DNA of 64,000 bases from Acanthaster planci (Eukaryota). Both the position numbers and the translations under genes were made by a program. The stretch covers positions 1,919,599 to 1,983,598 of the forward strand of contig NW_019091360.1 in NCBI RefSeq assembly GCF_001949145.1, written 5' to 3'. This document shows positions 12,001-24,092 of the stretch, in pieces; positions within the stretch are counted from its first letter, which is position 1, and each line of letters starts with the position of its first letter. A model generated the notes under the pieces. That model ran no database searches and had not been told where the DNA came from. It saw nothing but the letters and a program-made list of their open reading frames with translations.

Positions 12001-15000
12001 TTTCTTTAATAGGTAACATTGAGATGCCGCCATTTCCAAACCCCGCAAGAAAAAGACAAAGTAAACGATTCGAATGCAGATAGAATCGAAACTCATCTGT
12101 CGTATAACATCTGCCGCATAACTATAATAAGATATTAAGAACAAGTTTAACAACATGTTTTAGAACGAACGATTTCTTTTTGTTTTTTCCTCTTTCGCCA
12201 CGCTGGCAGCCCTTTTTCTTGAGCTCTGTGGTCCGTTTTGGGCAAACCATCTCGATACCATCCCCGTTTGATTCGGTGTTGCTCAAGCCGAGCGCCGTGC
12301 CGAAATGCTCGTTACATTTATGTTCGATTTGCATATACAATCGGCGGAACTTCCCTGTGTCAACAGTGGCTGTCATGCTATCGAAGCGCTTCAAAGTCAA
12401 TTTCTGGTGTGGCGTTCGGAAGTGTTTTTTGTCGGGGAAAATTGACCCTGCTGCCCCGCGCTCTTGACTTGGAGCACCGCTTTTTGATGCGAATGAATGC
12501 CATTAATAAAATGCCATAAAGGCAATTAATATGGCCAACCACCCCAATGAAAGAAAAATGCTACAAGTGCTTGTCGTCGCCCGCTTTGTTGGGGATAGTA
12601 AGACAGATCGTCTGTGAAAACTGACTTGAAGCTGGGGACAATAGCTCCTATTCCGCCGTTCACTTATCCAAACCAAAGATCTGTCGCTGTGGACTCCTTC
12701 CTCCGGGGTTGGAAGGGGCTAAGAGCGAGCAGAATTGCAAGACGCCATGTCCTAAAGCTAATCACTCTCCCCCGCATTAACTGAGAAAATTAATAATTAA
12801 AGTCGATTTGACGGTGGACGCAAAGTGTTGGAAAAACACTGGCTGACACCGGGGCCCTGTTGAAGCATTGTTCTACACGATGACCCCTCCAGAACGTAAG
12901 AAATGAATGTGGCGAGGCAAGAGAACAGCAAGACCGAAGGGAAGGGGGGAGACAGACGGGGGACAGAACAAACAGAGGATGAGAATTGCGTGGTGACGAG
13001 GCGATGTATCGAGCGCGCTGAGTCACACGCAGGAGGAGCCCGCGAGCATTACACGATTTAGAAACAGTTGCTATGTGTTAGCCACAGGGCATCAGGCAGG
13101 CAGTTGTGCGGGGGAAGACTGGGTCGGAGGGCTGTTTACCGATCGCCAGCTGGCTGGGAACAAGACGAGAGGCAGAGAGGGCGAAAAACTAAGGGGGGAT
13201 TATGTGGGGCTGGTTCGGTTTGGTTAGGCAGGTTGGCCGGAGAGTAGTAGGGAAACAAACTTTTTTAACTGTCTCGGGCTCCTGAAAGGGCTAGGGCCGT
13301 TTGTGCCTCAAGTATTGATATAGGGGAGGTCATCGGTGGGGTGGGGGTGAGCGGGGGATAGTTTGGACCTGTGTGGCCCCCGGGGTGTCTTGCACGGGGG
13401 GTAGGGGCGCCGGTGTGAATGGTACCGGGAGCGTCGCTCGATCGGGCCGGCTCCATCGTTCCCCACTCTGCCGGCCCGGGCACGGCAAGGCGGCACCTCG
13501 AAGAGGTTCACGCGAGGTAAACGAGCGCGCGTTCGGCAACAGCGACCGCCTTGTTACCCTCGGTCAGTCACCCCCTTGCCATTGTGGACTGGATTCGCCG
13601 CTAGCCAGACCTGTCCGTACACGAACAGGCCTTTGAATACAGCGGTGTTGTCACTGGCGACAAGACGACTCGAAGAAAAGAAAGACAGAAACATAAAGAA
13701 GAAAAAACCCAAACCACCTCGCCTCAGCTCAGCATACGGAAGAAAGTAGCAAAGTCACCCGAGAGTGTATGCTTTCAGATCGCCTGAAGCTCCATCAATT
13801 GTGATATTTGTGCTGTCCTTTTCCAAAACAACCCCCTATTTATGGAAAAATCCTGGTACTATCTCACGGTCACAGCTTGTTGACAGAGAAAAGTAAACAC
13901 ACGCCAAGTTGGAGAATACACAACCTTTTAATATGAAAAAATACCGTTTCTCAGTGAATACTGAAAGTGTTCAACGCATAGGAAGGTTTCCATTTTGTAT
14001 GAGAATTGTCCCCCGATCTATATAGCATTCTCTGTTAAATTTACCATTTTAGTCCAATATTAAAGCAAACTGCAACCCAACACAATAAGTGATCTTTAAT
14101 TGTTGTAATTTCCGTTGTTTGCAGAATCTGTAGGTTCACGTAAAACAAGAACGTGTTCGTACAACGATCGTGTCGAGGAGACAAACCGGGGCTGTTGTTC
14201 ATTTCTTCAAAAAAAAAAATCGGTATGGCCGACGGGTCTTCATGTAATATTAATCCGTGGTAAACAGGACAGGTTGGAAAAACAACTTCTTAGCTTCAGT
14301 GCTCACTCATCTGCCGTGGCAGACACTTTTGAAGTTCTCAGCCCGTCCTTGACGTGCATTAAGTGGCACGTTTCTGACCATAGCACCGTGAAAGCCGACA
14401 ACACCAATATCTATACGATGTCTTCTTAATAATGCCAATATCACCCCCCCCCAGAATGTTACAGTAACTATATCAAAACGAAAGCATGAAGCAACAGTTA
14501 AATACTGACAAAAATTCTTTGAAATGCCACACAAGTCGTTTTACATCAGTCCATAATGTCATCGACGGTTCTGATTTCAGACACCTAAATTAAGCCGAAC
14601 GACTGGCGTTCGAACCCTTTATCACAGATCCACGGTCCTGTGTACGGAAATCCGTATCCAGGTTTTCCTATACTGCCCCCTCTCTCTATCGGTCTCAGAG
14701 CTTTAGAGTTAACTCTTGCCTCAAAAGACCAGGAACCAAATGAAATCGTCAGTTTCGTCGACTTGAATCGCCTACATGTTCACATCTTACTCGGGCCCAA
14801 ACGGAGGGGGCCTCCTTGAATGCACGAAGTGTAAAGAAGTTTGGCAGTGGGCCCAGTTTGTTGGAACCAAGGCCCGCCGTGCCTACGGCTTGCCCGACGC
14901 CCGAAGGACGGACGGACTTAGCCCGGCAGAAGGCTGTCTGGAAGGTGAGTAAAATCGATTGAAAACAAGAAATACCTGGAAAATAAGTTACCACGTCTGC

Positions 15001-17320
15001 CTTCTGAACAAGACCAACAAGACAGAAAGGAACAAAACGGGCCGGCCTTTGAAAGTCAATCTTGCGTGATGCCTTTAGGAAGGAATGCAACTGTGTCGAA
15101 ATACGCGCGCGCGAAGTGAGTTCAACTCTGGTCATCGGTCCAGCAATCTATTCCGTCGAAATGTATAGAAATTGTGACGGATTTTATTTTCTAAGTTACT
15201 TAATAAACATACCGTTAATTAAGTAAACCATTGAATCCACCATATTTAGAGGTTACCGGTAACGAACGAGTATTGTTCTATTTTCTAGATGAGAGGTTTT
15301 GTCAGTTCTAATAATAGAAGAAAAAAAGTTTAAGAAATGGCAAATAGAGAGGAATATGGGACATTACATGTATATTTTAAAAGAGCTTGTTAACAGGGAA
15401 TCTAAGCATCATAATTCAACTGATTCGTTGGGTTTAGAAAAAATCCCCCAAATTCTTTAAAATATTTTAAAGTGATTTATCAGATTTGTGGTCCAATACT
15501 CCTCATTTCTACTGTATTAACCAGAAGAAAAAATTATTCCGAGCTGCTGGCTTTACCAAATAGCAGAGTTGATTAAATCTAAATCAAAAAATCAAATCCA
15601 GCTTAATGACACCTTTGCAGACTGATTGCAACTCACATGCGCGATACCGCTAGTGCTATGCTTTCCTAAACCATGCTTCGTTCGTCTGAGCATTTAATCG
15701 GGATGAATTTCTTGCTTTTTCCCCCTTTTTTTCTTTTAATTTTCTCTAGCTCCCGCTCTTAGCTTGAGAGCAGTCGTCTTCGGGAGGCATTTAATTAGCA
15801 GCGATCGTCGGCGGTGATCTTACTCGGCAGAGGCCTGGTCATTGAACCCACTGCCCCCTGACTAGCCGCTTGAACAGCTCGGGCCGAGCCTGCCCGCGCT
15901 GCTCACACTGCGCACTGATCGATACCGGCCTTAATGCCCCACGAGGTGCCCCGTTGGAATTGCACGACCCCCCCTCCCTGCACTGGTCAAGCGCTGTTGC
16001 GAAAACAAGGAAGACAGGGGCCTAATTAATTAACATGCACAGGACGCGCATGAGGGGCGGATCGATTTGAACAAGAAGGAGAAAACCAACGTAGGGATTT
16101 CTTCTCCAGATAATGAAGGTGTGCTCGTGTGTAGGTGGTCACCTTACAACACAACGACGAACATTTTGGTCCATTTTGGCCCCCCCCGTCAGTTTATAAG
16201 AAAAACAAGAGCAAGACTGATACCCTTCTCAAGTTTATTTACACTGAAGAAATCGAAAAGACTGACTTCTAAAGCTCGTCGCAAATACAGAGACAGGCTC
16301 ATCAGGAAAGAACACTGATAGACACTAATAGTCACAAAGTTACTTCCGAACGAGGGAATAAAACCGAATCGGCAGGCTCACGAAAAGTTTCATTTGATCT
16401 CGCATGCCAACTACGTATGTTAACAAAATATCGATAGAAACCATCGACCAATATTCAGAAGCCGACTCATTCGTTGGTGTCAAACCTGCGTTTATGTGAA
16501 TAAATTTAAGCCTTTATATATTTGTTAATGATGTATTTTATGGCACACGCGATAGAATTCTTCGGAAAAGAAACAAAATCCAGTGGCAGCTGACCTATTC
16601 ACCGCTGCTTGACATTTGTTGCAATTCACGCAATAATTGAAATGTCCAAGGACAAGATATATGGATCATTTGCAAAAATGGTGGTAAAGGAATGCAAGAA
16701 TGCCCTTTAGGGATCAGCTCGAATATTAGCTTTGTTATTCCCCAAATTGTGGACAAACAAAGAGCGAGAGCTGCCGAACGACAATAGTAACTTTGACCGA
16801 CAAACAGATAGGTATAAGGGCGAGAGCACGAGCCCTAAATCAGCTGTAGACTTATTGCAGGGGTAACGACATAATTAAAAAAACTAATTTTTTTACTTTA
16901 AGATCAAGATGATCTTCGTGATATGAGGAAGTGTTTTGGTACTGTCGTGTTTTGTGTTGTTTGTTTTTGTCTTTGTTTTAAGAAAAATATCCAACTTTGG
17001 TTGTTGCTCATTATAAATGAGTTACTGTTGGCCATCAAAGGCGCGATGGAACGAAAAAAAGGGCAATCATTTTAAAGAATTTCGTACTTGCTTCGCATTG
17101 GGATGAAATCCAGATTGCGCGTTTTAGATTTTTGACAAAGATATTTTGTGAGAGTTGAAGAGCGATTAGACCAACAGACAACAGAGCACTGTTCTAGAAA
17201 GCTGAAACTGTGCCCCTGCAAGAGAAATGAAATCTTGTAAGATTTCCTCATTCAGCATGGAGATTCGACACCCAGTTTCGGACGTCATTTCATTTGAGCC
17301 TTTCAATTCAACAACATTAG

Positions 17321-17526
17321 CAACAATAAACAAGAACAAGAAGAAGAACAGGAAGAGGTCTAACAACAACAACAACAACAACAACAACAAAACAACAACC
17401 AACAACAACAATACCAGCAACAACAACAACAACACCAGCAACAACAACAACAACAACAACAACAAAACAACAACAACAAAACAACAACAACAATACCAGC
17501 AATAACAACTAGAACAACAAGAACAA
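17321..17526. repeat. Imperfect (AAC)n microsatellite with AAG/ACC/AGC variants
   Basis: Directly visible. It explains the poly-N, poly-L and poly-V ORFs in the track. Confidence 0.95.
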
Positions 17527-19889
17527 TGGCAGCATTGACGACAAACAGATCAGCAAAGCCCGGCTCTGTGTTTTGAACAACAATATCACTTTTGCTGATG
17601 TTTTGGAAGTTTTATGGTTGAAGCAGCATTCTGTGTCAAATGCAAATTCCAATTATCGCAAACGTCAGGGAAGTTTGAGGCCAACAGTTTTCTTCTCTTG
17701 CTGTTGTTTCACTTTGCCAGGATTGTGATTATTTAGGCATGTAAATTGATTTGGATGTTGCTCAGTTATTCCCAATCTTGCTTGAAGTTTCCCGTGGCGT
17801 GATTACTACGAGAATGAAATTGGATCTTCATAGTAAGCAATGGTCGATGTGATCCATCAGTCCATCCCAGATAGCCTATCGGTTGTTCGGGGACATCCCT
17901 TGCCCCAGCGTCTACACCTCGCCTGCAAATGATATTGTTTTCTTTATCGCGGACCCTCCCCCGATTCGCACCTCTATTGCCGACGAGGGGGGGGGGACAG
18001 AGAGAACGAGTACACGGGATCTTGCGTAGCGGCGGGCCGGGGACGCACCGGTGGGATCACAGGCTACAGCTCCCTGCAAATTACGCCTCGGTTCAGGTTG
18101 CCGTCGCGCGGGGATTCGCTTCGCTCGCAGCAGCCCGTTTTCTGACCGGACACCCGATACGGCCAACCATCTCATTTCCCCGTCCACGGAACCAGATTTT
18201 CTTCGTCGAGATGGAATTACAGCGGCGGATGTGAACTGCACTGAATCAATGTTTTCTCTGGCGCCCCCCATGGGGCGAAAGACAAATGCTGGGGGATTTA
18301 AGAGCCGTCGATAATGCGACTATGATGCGGTTTTAATATGTAACCGAATGCTAATCCTATTTGTAATTAAGTCCAACAGAAATGCGAGTTGATCGACTCC
18401 CCGCTTGGACATATAACCGTTCGAAAAAAAAAATCAGATGAAAACTGCTTGCAGGAAACTCTAAAAGTTACAACATTCATTAATTTGGAAATCGCAATAT
18501 GTTTATACGCCATGGACTCATCTCAAAATCTTTTGGGGTGTCAAAATGTCAACAACTACAATGCACTTAAATCAGCACCAGAGAACGAATTGCGTCTGAA
18601 TTTTACTTCCCAAATCCATAGATAATAACGGCGTGTACATGTATATCACCGAGTTATTCTGCTCACTAGTACCTAATACGACGCAAGCTGAAGAATGGAC
18701 CGTTTCATATTTTACAGATCTACAACAACCAAATCGAAGCTGCTTATGTTACATTGTTTGGATGGAAAATAAGACCATGATGTTATATCAGAAGTACTGT
18801 AGATCACATCTCATAAACATTTATTGTCTTAAGGTAACAAGACAAATGAAGTTACCAGACAAGTTACGGTAACATTGAAGATGGCCAGTCTAGAAACAGT
18901 TAATTGAGCCAACTGATTGAGATTGAACTTGCTTTCACAACCTCTCATTCACGGAAACTGGTTTTTCATGGATGCAGAAAAAAAAGTTCTTGGGTATGAT
19001 AGTGATGCACTGTCCTTTTCGTTTGAAATGTCGAAACATTACAATGATGTTTTCTGTCAACTTGATCCCGACATGACAGTTAAAATTGTCACATTAAGTA
19101 CCATATACGTTTTTAAAACAATTGTATTGTAGTATTTTATTTTTTTTTATATATTTTGTGCATTCAGATTCCGGTGCATGTGGTAAAAGTTTGATTTGAA
19201 AAGCGGTGGTTTAAAAAGAGGCAGTTTTTATGCAGTTGAATCATTAACCTGTAATTGTTTGTTCATTTTTCAAACCGTTATATCTTCTGTATAAAGTTTC
19301 ACCATTTCCAAGGAAAGTGCATTTTTATTAATTTTTTCCAATTTTCTTTTTTCATGGCTGATCTCATCGTCAGTCCAGCCACATCAACCAGCAGAAAAAG
19401 GAAAGTCACACATTTTTAGAAGGCATTGAATGTTCTGCTTATCTGTTTACTCTTTATTCTTTCCAAAGCATGACAGGACCCATTTTGAAAAGAAAATTCT
19501 TCTATTCACTTCGCTAACATCAACTTTTAAGCCAAGTCGCTCTGTGGGAAGGGAGGCAAAGTGCCTCTCCTATGTGCATCCGTGTCCACGCGGCAGACGA
19601 CCCGTGTAACCCTCTCCCCGTCCACGCTGAAAGCGCCGAATTAAAGAGCTAATTTCCAGGCAGTTTTGGGTTTCATAACTTGATATCGGGTGGCCATGGG
19701 ATGATTTCAATGCCCAGAACAGTCAAATCAGTGTGCACATTTCGACTGCACGCTGTTGCCGGGCGCTAATTGGCCAACGCTTACATCCTTACTTGATGCG
19801 CACACTTGTCGAAGCTTGGTGACTGGCTCTTCGAAAAATTATTCACAAAAAGAAATCTTTTAAAATATACATAAAATATATTTTTGTTA

Positions 19890-20070
19890 ATAACGACGCT
19901 TAGAGTTTAAACACATTTCTAAACACATTTTTGTACCCACTTTTTGACATGTTTAGTGTCATGCGTTTAGGAATGTGTTGAAATACTAAACAGATTTCAA
20001 AAAGCTAAACATGCATGTACCACGGAAAAGCATTTAGCGTTTAAATACATTCCTAAACACATTTTATATA
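19890..20070. repeat. Degenerate element of direct and inverted TAAACACATT / TAAACATG motifs (probable MITE relic)
   Basis: tttaaacacatttctaaacacatttt recurs as tttaaatacattcctaaacacatttt, with inverted gtttaggaatgtgtt between them. Another aatgtgtttagg lies near 20322. Confidence 0.5.
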
Positions 20071-23000
20071 TGTGACAGACTTTGTGTGAAGTTTTTGTCG
20101 GTTAATATAGAAGGTTGAAAAACAAAGATTGAAGTAACTTCTCCCTTCCAACATTACTAACCACGCCGGTCCTTGTTTGGCTTTATAAGGCCTGTCTTCG
20201 TCAAAACCAATTTAACGCAATCTTGCTACCGAAAGGCAAACACGTTTAAAACCTCACTACGTCATACCAAAGTCCTAAACATCAGGGCGTAACTGCTTAA
20301 CGCTACCTATCGAATCCCTTAAATGTGTTTAGGGTCTGAGCTTGGTGAAAACTGGAAGCAAGGAAGCTTGTGGGAGAGTGTTTAATTTGAAGAAATCAGT
20401 TTCGCAGTTCGGCTCCATGCCTGTTGTAAGCCTTGTAGGGAGCACTCAGTTAACATCTTATCTTGTACCTCACCCAGTAGCGCTGATGATTTCATCCGAG
20501 GCCAGTCTTGAGGCTAATTTATTTACCTCGCTCTTCATCAGCCTCCGGAACCCCCCCCCCAAAAAAAATGGAAGCGAAAGAGAAAGTGCGGACAAATATC
20601 ACTGCACCAAAAAATGAAAAAAAAAATCGTTTTCTTCTTTCTCCCCTGTCTTCAAAGCCCGACAGTTGAAGCCGGGATTGAATTCATTTTGCATACTCCA
20701 TTGGGCGCCATTTCTCCGCTGAATTTGCTTCTGAGGCGGTCACGGGGGCGAAGATGAATGCTCCATCCCAGCCATCAGTTCGATTAGATTGTCCTTGCAT
20801 CATATCAGCTTGGGCCGCTGCGACCCTGGGGACGACGGGAACCCCCCCCCCGCGCATGCGTTGGCCTCGAGGCGCGCAATGAGGGGATAATTCTTTCAAT
20901 TGGTGTCCGTTCAGGAGCGCGTGAGGCTTCTTGAAGCTACAAACGCTGTTAATAAAAATGAGAGAGAAAAACGCATCTGTCTATACAGTGTTTCGGTTTC
21001 AACAGGTTTATATTAGTGAATAAAAACACAGGAAAAATTCAATTTATAGATATTGCGTGCATGTGAAATAAAGTTTTAATTCTTCATTTTTCAAATATTA
21101 AAAGGAATAATGCTTTTGAAATAAGCTGTATAAAAAGACTAGATATCTCGCGGTCGGACCGGGTGTAACTAAAGTCGTTTGGACTGAAATTTTAGATGGT
21201 AATCCACTGAACAAACCTTTTTTCCCCAGCATCCTTGTTGTGTTTAAAATTGTATAAATGAGTTTTCCTTCTGCTACCTGCAGTAAACATGAACTTGCCA
21301 AGTATTCACTCCCCTCAGATTCGAAGATAAGCGGGCAACCGCTCTGAATGGACGATATTAAAGCCCGCCCTCTGGGGACTGGTAGCCATGATCACGTGAC
21401 AGTGTCCTTGAATTCTCAGTGATTGTTACATACCAGAGTTCGATTTTGAACTTTGGACAGTTGAGGAATGAGTGGTTACTTGCTCATTTCTTCACCCATG
21501 TCAGTGTCTCAAGTTTGACTAGGGTTGAACTCGTTTTCCCGTGTCTGAACAACAAACAAGCACACACATAAACGCACTCCCCCCAAAACAAAACAAAACA
21601 AAACAAAAAAACCAACAACCAAAGACCAACAACTATCGATTGCATTCAAAGTAATGATCGATTTCCGCCTGCCACACGGAATCGACCCAGTCACCCACTT
21701 GGGCTCCCACTAAGCTGGGGGGTTCACCAGACTGGGTCACGGCTATAGGCCCCGCCACCAACCCCCCCCCCAGCTCGGGTCAACGCCCGGCCGGTTCGCC
21801 TGGGCCCTGTTACGCGAACTTTCATCATCCCGGTGTCATCGTGTTAAATTAAACCTCCGTCAATGCCTCGCAGATGTCGTGTCTCCTTTGAATCATTTTG
21901 ACATGAAAAAAAAAAAGAAAGGAAGAAATGTGAGCACGGTCAACTGGCCCCAGCTTCTCACATTTTATCGAAGTTTCTCAAGGCACGTTACACCGGGGAG
22001 ACCCGCAACTCCACACGGTTGTGATTCATCATTACTGGGACTTTTTATCTTTTGTGTAGCCATTTTTTTAAGGGTGAGGTTTTTTTTCTGGGGGGCTGCT
22101 TAGTCCTGGTGGTACGAGGGGAGGGCCAGACGACAAGCGGGACTTCGAATCTGGGGGGCGAAAGGGGGGACGCTGGCCCTCCCTTGGGTCGGGGTCAGGC
22201 TGACTGGGTCATTCCTCCATCCTACGCCAGCTAGCGGTCGTCAACCCACGCTCAACTCTCTTTTTCCTCATTCCACTTTCCCCCCTTCTCCTCAGGACTT
22301 CCATAGAAGCAATAAATCAAAACGAATACCTTTCCGTTTCCCCTGGCCATGGGCAACTTTACGGGCTTACACGGGTGTATACGACCCGTTTGGGGACGAC
22401 CTTCAATAACATTGGACAAAAACCATGCGTCAACTGGGAACGAAACTGTAAATTTGGGGGTTATATTTCTTCGTGGGTTGAGTTCAAAATCCTCCAGATT
22501 GAAAAAAAAAGATGATCAAGCTTGGGTCCCTGCTTCGATGTCGTTAGTACGGGGCATAACAATAGGTAAGCCTCACCTTGGGCAGAGTGCAAGCTAGAAA
22601 TGCTTCTCCTTCAAAAGAAAACCACATTTTGATGGAATTTTAAATTATGGGCCTAATACCGTCTACTATAAAACACACATAATATATGGAAGTATTAGAC
22701 GCCCAGCAATTACCTATTTGCGGTTTTGACCATGAAATACATGGCGGGGTCCGAAATAAACTTCCAAAGATAGCACCGGCCTCATCTGTCGTCAGCATTT
22801 TCTCGCGTGTAAGCAAGTGGCGAGGGCCCAGACCTTGTAAACTCTCAACACAAGTTTGGACCCGGCCTGTTTTCAATACCCCGATGACGCTTTTGCTTTT
22901 GTAACATGCGGCTCCTAAAATATCACTGGCCTTGTGAACCACAGCCCCCCTGCAAATCTGGACAGACTTGTGCAGTTCAGCCCACTTTGCATGGGTAACT

Positions 23001-23853
23001 GTCGCCAGAGAGTCTGATCGGTCTCATATCCCGAGAAAAACATCGGAGAGTTTGCATGGACAAAACAACCGAATTCGGGAGTGTCAATTTACATGCAACG
23101 GGTTAAGGATGTAACTTCGCACATCCAAGGTCAAAACCTAAGGCGTGGGTACAATTTAGGATATAGAAAGGAGACAGAAATGTGTACCGGAGAGATGGAA
23201 GCCCAAAACTGGAAAACAAACACGAGTCTCCCGTCGCTAAAGTTTTTCACTCAGAAAGCTACAGGCCGTTCAAATCCGTAAATGGCAGCTACATCAATTG
23301 GGCTAAGACAGCATACTCGATTATGATCGCCTTTCCAGCGTAAAATCGAAATTGAACGAATCCGTGGTCAACGCGCCCCTTTGTTACAACTTGAAGAACT
23401 CCTTAGTATTCCCCATTTACTTTTTCTTTACCTACTCTTCTTATTAACACTTGAATCAACTTGCCGAATGGTCCAGCGTGAACTCCTCAGAATGTTTGGA
23501 CTCCGAAAGAACTCAGATGGGTATTTTTTTAGTCCCATATACCGTTCAGAGGATCACAGATTTGGGAGAAAGCGCTCCCCGTGTACTTGTGTTGTAACCT
23601 TTCTAACTCACGGTCGTATCACGAATGAACCCCGTTTGAACGAGCCTGAAACCCAACGGGTCAGCGGCGTTGTGGTCGATAGGGTCAACCGCCTTAGAAT
23701 CTCTCGCCGAATTTCTTCACCTCCCAACCCTCCCCTCTACGATACAAGGTAGATCCTGCGGTCCGCGAATCTGCCCACGAATTCCGTGACCACAACACGG
23801 GTGTATGAATTTCCCTTTCCGCATTTAACTATTATCACTCCAGTCATCCTGAA

Positions 23854-24092
23854 TGCTTACTTTACTTTCCACATAGTATGCGTCCAACTCAAGCTGCACG
23901 TGACCTCTGCCACTTCGTGCGACCAGTTACGGACCATAATTGACTGTCACTGTGTTATCCACAGTAACGGCCGAACCCCAACAAAGCCTGCGCCCATTGG
24001 TCTCTCTGACTGAATAATTATAACTCTCTCACGCCCACTCTCGTTGTCCATTGGTCATAAGTTTGTTTACGGTACAACAGGTGGGCGGAGTC
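23854..24092 (-). promoter_or_regulatory. Candidate core promoter with a short non-coding first exon
   Basis: Two minus-strand CCAAT boxes (attgg at 23996-24000 and 24050-24054), a KLF-like CACGCCCAC (24030-24038), a Fox-like GTTTGTTTAC (24061-24070) and a GC box GTGGGCGGAG (24081-24090). A minus-strand donor AAA|GTAAGC lies at 23860. Confidence 0.35.

Noticed and set aside
17166..17508. Poly-Leu, poly-Asn and poly-Val ORFs as membrane or low-complexity proteins
   Set aside because: They are translations of the (AAC)n microsatellite.
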